DNA of 64,000 nucleotides, taken from assembly GCA_000004985.1 (NCBI GenBank), contig GG738900.1. One strand, 5' to 3'. Made by a program: the position numbers and the translations under genes. This DNA is from Naegleria gruberi. Its lineage: Eukaryota. Numbering within the stretch: the stretch's first letter is position 1; each line of letters opens with the position of its first letter. The notes beneath the pieces were generated by a model. That model made no database searches. It saw nothing but the letters and a program-made list of their open reading frames with translations, and had not been told where the DNA came from. Below, piece after piece: positions 11,020-23,300 of the stretch.

Positions 11020-12522
11020 TTATTTTTCATACAGTGGAATGTTTTGGTGTTTGCTGAAATGGCCTGTTGGCTTGAATATCTTAGTTTCATGTGTTTTGCC
11101 TTCCAATTTCAATTTAGATGCTTTGGCTCTTTGAATTTCCTCAATTTCGTGTTTACAATCAAAGGCCTTATCCTTATTGTCATGTAAGATATTGTAAGTA
11201 ACCTCGTGCCAAACTCTTCTTGATTCGTATTCTTTTTGTTCATGGAGTGGCTTTACTACAAGCTCATTAGAGAATGGCAATGATTTGCAAAATGCTGCCT
11301 CAAAGAATGGCAAGTCTGATTTGAAAATCAATGGCAATAAAGTGGAAGGATACAGGTCAGAGCTGTTACCTTTGGTAATATTAATCTTTCCACAAATATT
11401 TCCTTTGAGATTGAGCAATGTTTTGCCCTTTCTATCAGTCAAGCTTCCCGACACATCATTTCCACTTCCAAAATTCAATTTGACAGTAAGGCCTGACTTT
11501 TTACACTTCACCTTGAGATACTCTCCATTTGTAATGGTAGAAGAACCCCAGAACAGACCATTGGCATACACATGAGGCAATGTAAAGTCGTATTCTTCAG
11601 TTTCTCCATTTTTCAAATCGACTTGAAGTAAATGCTTTCCAGCAATATTCAAATCAACATAATTCATCTTGAGTTTGGCCAGAATTTGGAAAGTTGATTT
11701 CATGGACCAACCACACTTTTCATTTTCCATCAAGAAGGCACTAATTGGAGGATGGTGCGAAACTTGTTCTGCTGTAACCTTGGTCTTGCATTCTTTGAGC
11801 ATTTCTTGCATTCTTTCTTGGTCTTGTGAAGTTTGATTGGAGAGCCAATTTTCCAACCACATGGCTGTTTTCTTTTCTCCTGATTTTTCCTCTTGTTGTT
11901 GTTCATTGACTGAAGAATGCCACTCTGCATGAAACTCCTCTCCAAGAATTGGATTGTATGGTTTTAAACCTTCAAAGCTATCTCCAAAAGTATTTGAACA
12001 CGAAATGAGTGAAAAGAGTAAGCAACATAACATTCTATCTAGCTCACTATCCATTTCCCTCAACACCTTCAAAGCCAGTGTTGGTTCTGTATAGTAGGTA
12101 TACAATTCAAGTGTTGAAATTGGTCTCATAATGAAAATAGGTGAACACATTCTCAAAAGGTCAACCTGAGGTTGTAACTGTTTGATAAATTGCCACAGAA
12201 TTGACGAAGACGACGAATCATTACTCTTCATCTTGTGAATCATTCCCCGATGAGAAAAGTCAGGGTGATGATAAATGTCATCTTGTCGTCCCTCAAAGGA
12301 ACCATCATCATCAGACGATGATACCATCGAAGATCTATCATCACCATTCGATTCTACCAATGATGAACAGGCACTTGTTCCATTATTGGTGTGTATACTA
12401 TTAGTATTGTTGTTATTGTTGATTATCTTTTGGAGTTCCTCTTCATTAACACTACTACTATTGTTGTTGTTATTAATACTCTTATCGTCTTCCAACATTG
12501 TATTTGAAGCCATCATCATCAC
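11020..12522 (-). CDS. Oxysterol-binding protein (OSBP/ORP) family member, single exon.
   Basis: OSBP fingerprint EQVSHHPPISAF. ATG MMMMASNT at 12520-12522. Asn-rich N-terminus. Confidence 0.85.
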   Translation of the reverse strand: MMMMASNTMLEDDKSINNNNNSSSVNEEELQKIINNNNNTNSIHTNNGTSACSSLVESNGDDRSSMVSSSDDDGSFEGRQDDIYHHPDFSHRGMIHKMKSNDSSSSSILWQFIKQLQPQVDLLRMCSPIFIMRPISTLELYTYYTEPTLALKVLREMDSELDRMLCCLLFSLISCSNTFGDSFEGLKPYNPILGEEFHAEWHSSVNEQQQEEKSGEKKTAMWLENWLSNQTSQDQERMQEMLKECKTKVTAEQVSHHPPISAFLMENEKCGWSMKSTFQILAKLKMNYVDLNIAGKHLLQVDLKNGETEEYDFTLPHVYANGLFWGSSTITNGEYLKVKCKKSGLTVKLNFGSGNDVSGSLTDRKGKTLLNLKGNICGKINITKGNSSDLYPSTLLPLIFKSDLPFFEAAFCKSLPFSNELVVKPLHEQKEYESRRVWHEVTYNILHDNKDKAFDCKHEIEEIQRAKASKLKLEGKTHETKIFKPTGHFSKHQNIPLYEK

Positions 12523-12944
12523 GAAGAAGTTAAATTATTATTATTTGGGTAATATAAATTCTTCAAGTTGGAATACTGTCTGTTTTTTTCTGATTATGTA
12601 ATCACCAAGGATTTCCAACCTCAACTACTTGAGAACCACAACAAGATACCATCACAAGAATCACCTCATGACTTGAGATTTTAATGTGGACATTCGCAGT
12701 TGTCTCTCCTTGTTTTCATGTTCAAGTTGTGTAATGGATTTTTTTTAAGCTTTAAAATTTACTGGTTTTTGGGCGCCAATCGCAACAAGCGCATGAATTT
12801 ATAGTTGAGCTAAGTTGAATTTCTTTGAGATCAATTGAAAATTTGAATACAACAAAACCAAAGTGAAAGGCTTGATCTATTTGAAAAACCAAATTAAGCT
12901 TTTTTTGTTTTTCAATGAATTTCAAATTTTAAATTGCAAAATTC

Positions 12945-13025
12945 TCTATCAATTACCACAAGAAATTCTTCAGTAATTACAAACAAAAAAATGCTCAATC
13001 AATTACCACAAGAAATTCTTCTCAA
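12945..13025 (+). repeat. Direct repeat of about 22 bp (CAATTACCACAAGAAATTCTTC) at the 5' end of the F-box gene. The upstream copy is out of frame.
   Basis: Copies at about 12947-12968 and 13002-13023, identical over about 22 nt. The second copy encodes QLPQEIL of the F-box. Confidence 0.6.
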
Positions 13026-14054
13026 GATTTTGGAGTACGAATATGAGCAAGTTCCTTCCCGAATATTTTTGAAAACATCAAATCACAAAATAATCAAATT
13101 CCGATGGATAGGAGGAAATTATTTAATAATGTTAATTTATTTAATAATTTGGAATTTACTTGTAAATATATTAGGAATGTTGTAAATATTGATCAAGAAT
13201 TTTGGAAGGAATTAGTCATGCATTTGATTGTAAATTATTTTGTGTTTGGATCAGAGTTGGATTTGATTAGGATGGAAATTCAAAAATTGATTCCGAACAA
13301 ATCAATTTCTTTCAAGAGACTATTTGCTATATTGAACATGTATAGGAAACAGATGAGAACCAAGTTTTTAAAAAGGAGCAAACAAAGTAAGAATCGAGAT
13401 GTGGTCAAAACTAGGAAAATTCTATTGCTTGGTATTGGTGGTGTTGGAAAATCGACAATTTGTTTTACCTATTCACAGAGAACAACAGATCAAACACTAT
13501 TTGATCCTACAATAGAAGATGCATTTAGGAGAACTATTTCATTGAATGGAAAGCAAGTAACTATGGAGTTAATTGATGCCATGTTTGGATGTGATGATTT
13601 TTCATTTTCAACACTGATTAAAAAACAGGCAATAATAGATGCTGATGGAATAATGCTTGTCTGCTCTGTGAATGATAGGAACAGTTTTGAATATTGTGAA
13701 ACGGAATTGGATTTTATTCTTTCAGCAAAGAATTTTCTTAATATACCAATCGCGTTTGTGATAAACAAGATTGACTTGGTGAATAATAACTCAAACAGAC
13801 GAGAGGTGGCATTTAATGAATCTAAAGCCCTTTTAGAATCTAAAGGTTTTGTAAATTATTCCATCTTTGAATCAAGTGCTTTGAAATTTGTAAATATTGA
13901 TGAAGCTTTTGAGGATTTGGCAAGAAAATGTGATAGAATTACTGAAGTCGATACACTTGCTCTGGTTAGGAAGATCATCAAGAAAGATTCCAAGGTACTG
14001 ATTGAAGATTTTGAAGGTTCTGAAAGCTCTCAAAACTCTTGCAACCTAATGTAA
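12991..14054 (+). CDS. F-box domain fused to a Ras-family small GTPase domain with a degenerate G3 motif. One short 5' intron or frameshift lies at about 13037-13115.
   Basis: F-box is split between two frames: MLNQLPQEILLKILE in one and LFNNVNLFNNLEFTCKYIRNVVNIDQEFWKEL in the other. GTPase motifs present: G1 LLLGIGGVGKST, G4 INKID, G5 ESSALK. The position of DTAGQE is occupied by IDAMFGCDDF, so the catalytic Gln is absent. Confidence 0.6.
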
Positions 14055-14116
14055 ACATTATTTTCATTTATTTAGAATAAGAATGAAATACAAGGGTGTA
14101 CCCCAATGGTAGAGTA

Positions 14117-15313
14117 TTAGAATAAGAATGAAATTAAAACAAGCAAGCAAACAATTAGGAAAGAAGCTTGCTTAATATTGGAGGAACCACTTGTTTTAAC
14201 AGCTCTTCCACTGCATTGAGTTGCTTTTTGATTGACAACAGTCAATTCATTTCCATTTCTTGTCAAGATGAAAGGATTGTTAAAGATTATTGCACTCAAA
14301 GTGGTGTCAGAATTAATGTTTGAAACTTGAGCAGACATGCTTGTTGAAGAGCCACATTGACCATTCACTGGACCAGTCAAAAAGACAGTATTAGTGTTGG
14401 ACTTGGTGACAGAAACACTTCCTGTCAAACAACAACATGAATTGACATCGCATGTGTCTTGAACTTTCCATGTGCCAACCCAAGCAGATGTATAATCCAC
14501 TGGGTTAGATCCAGTTTGAACATCAACACCACGACTTTGTGAATAGGTATTTCCACCAGTAGTGTAGGTTGCTTTCAATTTAGCTGAAACTGAGGATGAA
14601 ACTGTGATAGAATTTGAGAATGTAGCAACACCATTAGAAGTTGTTGCAGTTGTTGAACCTCCCAGTGTACCACTTCCTTCCCAACTCAAAGAAATACTTT
14701 CTCCAGAAGTAGAAACTGTGTTTCCACTGGTGTCAAGTAATCTGACTGTTGTGGTGAAGGTTTGACCGCTGTTAACAGTTGTTGGAGCAGAAAGATCCAA
14801 ACCAACAACAGTACCTGTAGGAGTAGTACAACCATAAGAAACACTATACTTCAATGGACAACTCATGATTGCGTTGGTGCACTCAACAAAAAATTTGGCA
14901 TTTTGTTGATCTAATCTGTATGTACCAGCATAAACGCAAGTAACAGAGCTTGCTGAAGAAGGACCATTGTAGTAACTGAAAGGAAGACCTTGTTTATATT
15001 TTTCAAAATCAGCTTCAGAAACAGTGTAGTATTTGAAGGAGCTTCCATCAGTTGACTGAACATTAACGCTATAGGAAGATACAACTTGGCCGGTAGGACA
15101 GGTTAGAGAGAAACTAGTATAGGCATGGGCAGCAACACTTTGAGGACAAGTGCCACCCCCACATGTACATGCAATACATGAGCAGCTTTGTCTTGGGCTT
15201 CTGAACAAGTTTTGTTCCACAGCCTTGAGAGAAAGTTGAGAAGAAACTTGTTGAGCACAAGCCATTAATACAAAAAGCATAATAGCAGCTAGAATAGATT
15301 TGGTGTGAAACAT
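14117..15313 (-). CDS. Secreted, predicted GPI-anchored Ser/Thr/Gly-rich surface protein, paralogue A.
   Basis: Signal peptide MFHTKSILAAIMLFVLMACAQQ. Hydrophobic C-terminal tail ASFLIVCLLVLISFLF. Cys-rich C-terminal domain DYTSAWVGTWKVQDTCDVNSCCCLTGS... that is nearly identical to gene B. Repeats of TSG/GGS type. Confidence 0.7.
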   Translation of the reverse strand: MFHTKSILAAIMLFVLMACAQQVSSQLSLKAVEQNLFRSPRQSCSCIACTCGGGTCPQSVAAHAYTSFSLTCPTGQVVSSYSVNVQSTDGSSFKYYTVSEADFEKYKQGLPFSYYNGPSSASSVTCVYAGTYRLDQQNAKFFVECTNAIMSCPLKYSVSYGCTTPTGTVVGLDLSAPTTVNSGQTFTTTVRLLDTSGNTVSTSGESISLSWEGSGTLGGSTTATTSNGVATFSNSITVSSSVSAKLKATYTTGGNTYSQSRGVDVQTGSNPVDYTSAWVGTWKVQDTCDVNSCCCLTGSVSVTKSNTNTVFLTGPVNGQCGSSTSMSAQVSNINSDTTLSAIIFNNPFILTRNGNELTVVNQKATQCSGRAVKTSGSSNIKQASFLIVCLLVLISFLF

Positions 15314-15382
15314 TTTTTTGTCAATGAGAGTCACTGTTCAGTTTTACTAGCTGTCACTTAATACCTTTTGGGAATTCATAAC

Positions 15383-15404
15383 TTACAATGACAGGACCAA
15401 TCAA
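15383..15404 (-). promoter_or_regulatory. Conserved upstream element TTACAATGACAGGACCAATCAA (contains CCAAT), 70-91 nt upstream of the paralogue A ATG.
   Basis: The identical 22-mer sits at the same spacing upstream of paralogue B (16457-16478). Confidence 0.5.
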
Positions 15405-15616
15405 ATTCAACTGACGTACCATTTACAATGAAACGCAGAGTCCAAAAAGAAGAGAAAGTGTCAATCCATTGTAAAAGCGTCCTACTCTAGAATTTCCAAA
15501 TGTGTAGTTAACCAAGTTATGTACCAAAAGAATTTAGCCACATTATTGTGAGATGCATTATTTTCAAGATTCAATAGTTTTGTGAATAACTTGTCAAGCT
15601 TTTATTGTTAAACATG

Positions 15617-16387
15617 TTAAACGAAGAGGAGAGAAATCACAACAAGCAAACAAATCAAGAAGGAAGACTTTGTGGTGAGAGAAGTATCACTTGTTTTAAC
15701 AGCTCTTCCACTGCATTGAGTTGCTCTTTGATTGACAACAGTCAATTCATTTCCATTTCTTGTCAAGACGAAAGGATTGTTAAAGATTATTGCACTCAAA
15801 GTAGTGTCAGAATTAATGTTTGAAACTTGAGCAGACATGCTTGTTGAAGAGCCGCATTGACCCTTCACTGGACCAGTCAAAAAGACAGCATTGGTATTTG
15901 ACTTGGTGACAGAAACACTTCCTGTCAAACAACAACATGAATTGACATCACATGTGTCTTGAACTTTCCATGTGCCAACCCAAGCAGATGTATAATCACC
16001 TGATGGATTATTAGAACCAATTTGGACATCAACACTGAGAGATTGTGAATAGGTTGATCCACCAGAAGTATAGGTTGCTTTCAACATGCCAGAAGTAGCA
16101 GCTGAAACTGTGATGGAAACTGAGAAGGCAGCAACACCATTAGAGAATGAAGCAACCGTTGAGCCACCCAAAGTACCACTTCCTTCCCAACTCAAAACAA
16201 CAGAACCAGAAGCTGCCATGGTGTTTCCACTAGAATCTAACATTTTGGCACTTGCAGAGAAAGTTTGGCCACTAGTAACAGTGTTTGGAACTGTCAAGCT
16301 CAAAAAAGCCAATGTGGCAGCTTGGCAGGTGCCAACAAAAGCGAGCAATGCGAGTATGACAACAAGGAATTGTTTAGTATTGAACAT
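15617..16387 (-). CDS. Secreted, predicted GPI-anchored Ser/Thr/Gly-rich surface protein, paralogue B (tandem duplicate of 14117-15313).
   Basis: Signal peptide MFNTKQFLVVILALLAFVGTCQA and hydrophobic C-terminus. The 3' ~330 nt are about 97% identical at DNA level to 14161-14470. Confidence 0.7.
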   Translation of the reverse strand: MFNTKQFLVVILALLAFVGTCQAATLAFLSLTVPNTVTSGQTFSASAKMLDSSGNTMAASGSVVLSWEGSGTLGGSTVASFSNGVAAFSVSITVSAATSGMLKATYTSGGSTYSQSLSVDVQIGSNNPSGDYTSAWVGTWKVQDTCDVNSCCCLTGSVSVTKSNTNAVFLTGPVKGQCGSSTSMSAQVSNINSDTTLSAIIFNNPFVLTRNGNELTVVNQRATQCSGRAVKTSDTSLTTKSSFLICLLVVISLLFV

Positions 16388-16456
16388 TTTTTTGAATGAT
16401 AATTAGAATTAGTTACATTCGTCAATGACGTTTCATACACGAAGGGAATTCAAAAG

Positions 16457-16478
16457 TTACAATGACAGGACCAATCAA
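16457..16478 (-). promoter_or_regulatory. Conserved upstream element TTACAATGACAGGACCAATCAA, 70-91 nt upstream of the paralogue B ATG.
   Basis: Identical to 15383-15404. The surrounding 5' UTR (AACATTTTTTTG) is also shared. Confidence 0.5.
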
Positions 16479-17386
16479 GTGCTACCATTTGTGTATTTTA
16501 CAATAGAAGAGGTAGAAAGGTATCCTCCTAGCCAGCTGAAGGTAGTCACCAGTTTTTAATTGTTTCGACCTAACGATTTTGTTTACTGTAATCATTTTCT
16601 GATGTTATATTATATTCAAGTTAACCATAAACAATGAAGTTAACTAATTCCGAAAGAAACTAGATCATACGACTCATCTGCAAATATTCAATTTTTCGTT
16701 ATTAAGGGAGGTTTTATTGTTGAGCCTTTCGCCTCCCTTATTGCTTAAATCTTTCCTTTTATGAATTGTAAACGGAGAGGATTAATAATATGGCAATAGA
16801 TTGTGCTCATGGGTCTTCGTAAAAACAACCCTCCACTACAACTATTATCTAAACACTACCAATGCAAATCAGTCAAATCAATCTCAGTGAGATACCCTTT
16901 TTGCAAGTTTATATTAAAAAACAAGAAAAGCGAAGCAATATGAATATTATATCTGTTCTAAATTTGTTTGTTGTGTTCATTGTGTTTGACTACCTGTCCA
17001 TCATGCTCAACATGAACCTCTGCATCTGAGAGCGTTTCTTGATGATTTACAAACAGAGTATAATAAATTAACTTTCTGTTGATTGTTGTAGAAAGATCCC
17101 AACCATGACCACTGTTTGGAATTCTTCCATCTAACAAAGAATTGGTGGCAACAACAACTAACGGAGCTACCCTTTCTGGATTTGGTTGTGGAACAAACTT
17201 ATTGCGTTAACTCTACATAATATTAGTATTTACATGTAGACAAGTTATAATTATGTTTTTGTAATAAGTACTGAACCACTTTTCCAGCCAATATCGTACA
17301 CAAGTTTCACTAGACTTGTTTGGCAACAATATCGGAATAAACCTGTCCTCTCTCCAACGAATATGTCACTAGTCATTTGAAAAAAA

Positions 17387-20300
17387 ATGACACAATCACC
17401 TTCATCAAATCAGGGTGGTAATGACAAGAGCAAAAACTTTCCCAGCCGTATCAAAAGCTTTTTCATCAAGTCATCTTCTCCAACTAGTCCCAACAATTCC
17501 TTACAACCGAGAATTTCATCACCCAACTCTCCAAATCTTCCCAAAACTGCAAGTTCCAACACTCTTCCTATTCATATTCATAATAATAACAATAATATCG
17601 AGAACTCTCCATCATTCACCAGAAAGAGTAGTGCTAGCAATGAAATATCATCAGTATTATCTTCCTCTCCACTTGTTAATTCCCCATCATTAAATTCATC
17701 GTCGAATATCAATAATATTCGGCATAGTAACAATCAATTTTTGATGGTTTCTCCATCATTGAATAATAATAATAATATTTCTCCACCTAATAATAATAAT
17801 AATTCTAATAATTATTATTCAACAACAACGGGAACAACAACTTCAAACACTACATCATCTAACGAGGCAATTTCCCCAAATACCAATAATGGTGGTAGTG
17901 CTGCTGCTACTAGTGGAGGAGGACAACAACAAAACGACAACAACAACAACAATATTCAGCAGCATCAACTCGAGCCAATTGTTTTTGATTCGCCAAACTC
18001 ACCTCCAAATCACAGTAAAAACAACGGGTCGTTTTTGGCGGGAGAATTTGATAAGAAAAAAAATCATCATGAGCCTACAGTTTCATCCTCATCCAATTAT
18101 ACGACCACTTCGACATCAAATTCTATCGGAAGTGGTGGAGGTGGTAGTAGAAGAATGGATAGTACAGTATCGGATATTGTTGTTGGAGGACATATTTTGT
18201 CAAGTTCAGTGATGAATAGTGATTTGATGCAATATGATTTGAATTTTAATGAGGGAGGATCAAGAAAAACATTTGATTTTCATAACATGACAGCAAATTC
18301 GACACTGGGTAGCCTTCCTCCTGGAGGATTTTTACATGGTGCTTCGAATAGTCAAACTAATTTTGGAAGTGTAAGAGATTCTAATGCAATACTTTCGGAG
18401 AGTATGTTGGATAGACATCTATTGGATGTCCATCATCAAGATGGTATGTTCATCAATTATCTTACTTGATAATAATTGATTAACTCATTTATATTCTAAT
18501 AGATTCTATTTCTCAATCATCAATGGACTCAGCGAGGTCAACTCCTCATGTTAATATTGCCCGTTTGGGTCATCATCAAAAAGATACACATTCACAATTT
18601 AATGACATCACAGTTTCGGATGAAGGAACAACAGCTGAGGATACCTTGTCTGTTAATGGAGTTCCAATGAATGTAGATGAAATATTTCATGTTTATTCTG
18701 TAGAAAATAATCCAACCATATCCATGACAGGTTATGCTGACACTTACATGTCATCTTTTTCTAACATTAAAAATTCAACGAGTGAAGATAAGAATTTATT
18801 TGGATTACAATGTTTACCAAATATTTTCCAACCACTTTACTACAAAGATAATGATAATTCAGCCTATGGATTTTCAGAAATCAAGAAAGTTCCTCTATTG
18901 TCTCAACTGTCAGAACAGGAAGTTTCAGACTTGCCTGTACATGCACGCAAGACAATCAAAAACAAATATGAATCACCATTCCTTGTACTTTTATCAAATT
19001 CTAAGAAACAACATCATCTCTCTAGGAGCACTCTCAAAAAATTCTCTGTCAGTCAAACTAAAAAGCAATTAATTGAGGATACTAAATGGAGAATGTTTGA
19101 AGATGCCATGCTTTCAAAGGAAGTTAGATTTCACAATGATCCTAACACTTCATCCAGTAATCCAGTTTCGGATTACATTTTACCATCTGGAAAGAACGAC
19201 AAAACCAGAAACAGGTCAGACTCTGGAGGCTTACTGACATTGAAAACACTTTCGGATTTTGGTGGGAAACCTTCAACCAGTCCATCAACCAGTCCGACCG
19301 TTGGAAGTCCTCTAACACTCGAATCCATGTTTAAAAGAAAACAATCAGATTATGCAAGCTCACCAAATACTGATGATACATCTAGCCTTTCTTCAATGAA
19401 AGGGTACGATTCCAGTTCTGAGGAGGAAGAAAGCTTTCAAATTGCCAATTTTTCTCCTAGAATAATTCAAGAAATACCACATGGTTTCTTGGCTACTAGA
19501 TTGGACCTACTTAAAGATTATATGAAAGAATCATGTGAGGAAAACACTAATGTTTCACTGAAGAAGAATGTTGCTGAATACAAAGTTTGGAAGAAGGAAC
19601 ATTCTCTCCTCGAATTTTTATCTGACGATTTGATGAATACACACGAACTGAAAACAAAACTGTTTCCATTCATGTATGCACCAAACGAAAATCTGAAGGA
19701 TGGATCATCTGACATTTTACTTCAAAACTTTTATGTCAACAAGCAAGACGTTGATAATAGAGCCAAACTAATTATTGATATAGAAAAATTCAAGCTGGAT
19801 TTTGTTGAAGAGCACTTGAATGGAGTACCATTGGAGAATTTTTATGCCAGTTTAACCTTGTACTCTGTCAAGCTAACAGAATCTCAAAATCCATCCATCT
19901 CTGCAGTTAAAAGATATAGCGAAACATTTTCCTTCAATCTTTCGTCTTCATCCAATAATAGTAAGAGAGCTCTCTTCTACTTGTCAAGCCAAAATTTGCC
20001 TAACAGCACAGCACCAAACACTGAAAAGGTGTTTGTCTTGGTGAGAATATTTAGAAACTTTAAGGGAACTTATGCGGAACACTTTAACGAGCTCTATATC
20101 AAAGGAAAAAATACGCCAAAGAGTTCCTCTGATAAACCATTCAATGTCAATGACTCTAAAGATTACAAGGCAATCAAGGCTGTTAAACCAGCATTCTTTG
20201 AGTCTCTTAAGGATGTTTACTCTGCTTTTGCATGGTCTATTGTAGAACTCAATCCAATGCTCAACAGTCTTCCTGCTCTCCAATTCCCTAGTTTGTACAT

Positions 20301-23300
20301 GAATGGTGAAGGACTTTCAAACGATTTTTATGTGAAGAATATTTATTGTATACCAGACAAACTGGTTGGAAACGTTTCAGATGACAAGCTTTTCGAAGTT
20401 TATTTTGCCAATGGATTGAATCTCATCCCTAACGTTGCCGAAGTATCTGCAGGAGAAAGTGGAATTTCTGGAGGTCTTTCAACAAGCGAAAAAACCCTTG
20501 TTGTCAACAGTGGTAAGGATATCATCAAACAGCTGTCGAAGACAATGCTTAGAAGTATTCCTAGCAAGCTTACCTTCAAACTAATGCTGTTGCCTCCATC
20601 AAAATCTAATCAAACTCTTAGAGCTTCCCTATTTGAAAATGAAAAGCAATATCAATATGTACAGAGAAAATACTTACCGGAAAATAATATGTTAGTCATT
20701 CAAAAGGAATCTGTCACCGATCAAGTTGAAAAGAAAAAGAAGAATAGAGATGATAGCAAGGAGACCTTGCAGGCTGATTTACCTGTTACTGAAATGGAAC
20801 AGTTCTATTCTTCCAATACCATGCCAGAATCTACTACAAGACAAACAAATTTGAGAAATGAGCTTTACATTTATCCACAAAGTGCCAACTTTTCCAAATT
20901 TGCAGTCAAAAATAAGAATATTCAAATAACAGTGTCTTACAATGATACAGACCAAAACTTCTCACTCAATAATATGGAACAAAGAAACAAAGGACTTTTC
21001 TACAAACCTTTCACTAGTAATAATTCAAGTGACCGTATTAATGAGGGTGAATGTGTTAGTGTAGCTTTGAAGAACGAGAAACCAGAATTTAGTGATGAAA
21101 TCAAATGTATTATTCCGTGCCGTTATCCAACTGAGGATGAAGATTGTAGACAACACTTAGTTTTCAAGTTTTACAATGTTTCACACAAAGAGACAATTCA
21201 AAAGAAAGCTAGTGATGTAGAACTTTCTCAATCTAGAACTCTTATTGGTGTATCATTTTTGAAAGTATACAAGAAGGTAACAACAACAATTGATAAGAGA
21301 AAAATCATCCTCAAAGATCTAATTAATGGAGATTTTGAGTTGCCAGTTTATCCAGTTCTTAACATTCCAAACGCAAACTATTTGAGATTATGCGACCAAA
21401 TTATGGATCCTTCTCTAGTACATATCAAACCATCGGCTACTTTTAAAGTTAAAATTATTCCATATAGCTTTATTTTACCAAATATTGCTCTCACTTTCCC
21501 ATACTCAACCTCCAACATTATCAATTTGTTCCTTCTCAAGTTTTTCAGATTGGTTAACAATACAGTTTCTGTCACTCCAACATTTGAAGAAATTGCAGAT
21601 GTTTACAAGACTTTGATTCAAACTTACGAGTATGAAAAACAAGTTGTATCCAACACCATTTGGTTTGAAATGCATGCTTTATATTTACCAATGATATTGA
21701 ACACTTGTTTTGACTGGATTATTGACACCTTTGGTAAAGACAAGAATTACACAACAGAATTATGGAAAATTATCCTCTTCTTCATTGAAAAGTATAACCA
21801 ACATTCGGCATCTTCTTCAACTGTTCTCAAAATCTACCAAAAATATCATTTCAGATTCTCCAAGAGTGGGGATGATGTTATTTTCAAGTTGATCTCATCA
21901 TTTATTGACTCAATCAAAATTGAGAATTCCAAACTGAGTCCTAAAGGAAACGTATTTGAGGAACTCTTCTTGAGAAACAACCAAACAATATTTGGGTTAT
22001 TTTTGAAGAGTATTGTTTGTTCAATGAGTTATAATACTGTGGAACCATTCCAAGTCGATAATGAGTTTGATAATCTTCATATTATGACTAAGTCAAGTTT
22101 GAACGCCATAGAACAATTTACTGTAATGGTTTTGGAAATGGTGGAAAGAGTTTCATTCAAGAATGAAAAGCATACAATCCTCAAATCATTCTTGAAGAGT
22201 TTTGCTGCTTTTTATTCCCATCTAATTGCTATTTATTCGATAAAGGCAGAAAAGCGGTTTGAACTTGCAGGACTCATCTCCAAACAAGAAATTATCCAAT
22301 ACCTCCTTAAATTTATAGAGTCGATGGGTTATTTACCTTCTCTATACAAGTTGAAGAATAATGATAACGACTCTAAGAAATCCAAGGAAATCTCTACACT
22401 GGTATCAGAATCACAATTATTGATGATTAGTGAACTTTTACTTCATTTCCCTTCATTTGAACTTTCTCTACCTCCACCAATTTCTCTCCTTGATAGTATC
22501 ATTGCTCAAAGTCAAAATGCAGAAGCACCAATATCAAACTTTAGAGATATTCATCACTTTGTTTTCTCTTCATTTGCCGAATATTTCGTAAGAACAATTT
22601 ACTTGGCTGAAGAGAAAGAAGTTAGACTTAAGGCAATTTTACTATTCAAAGAATATGTAGAAAAGATCAGTAGAGAAAGTAGTACTGTTCAATTATCAGA
22701 AGAAAGTCAACCTGATGAACAAAAGGCCGAAGTTCGATCTAGAATATTCACTTCCCAATTACTTCTTGAATTCTTTGCCAAACATATGATTGAGATTTTC
22801 CCAGAGTGGAAGAGAAACGCAGAGTCTAATCAAAAGAAAATTACAACTGCTATTGAGGAGTTGAGAAGAAAAATATCACAAGTGGAAAGAGATATTCTTG
22901 CAGCCCAAGACAGTCTTAACCAGGCAAAGCAAAATAAGACAAAGAAGTCAACGGAACCAGAAAAGAAGTTGAACCACTTGGATGTTCAATTAACAACTTT
23001 GAAACAGTTATTGCTTACAAAAGAAAAGCAATTATTGGAGGAATTTGAAACAACCAAAACTGAAAAACGTATGCTTCTTTCTGTGTTTGTCCAAATAACA
23101 ACAAATTGTGATGAGAACTCGCTTAGATCTCTATGGAAGATTAAACCAGCTTCAGAAGATTCTAACATGTATCACGATGACGGTCTTCATTTCAGTTCTA
23201 AACTCTTGATGATATTCCAAATGTGTGTACAGAGTTTTGAGTATGGCGGCTATTCTCCTTTATATCACTACTTTGATAGACTCTACCAAAAGCTTCCACA

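Noticed and set aside
16086-16406. Plus-strand ORF (106 aa) and other antisense ORFs, for example 15605-15823, 8193-8574, 19518-19715, 19984-20283 and 41487-41792
   Set aside because: They lie antisense to strongly supported genes and show low-complexity translations, which is typical of AT-rich or repetitive coding DNA read backwards.
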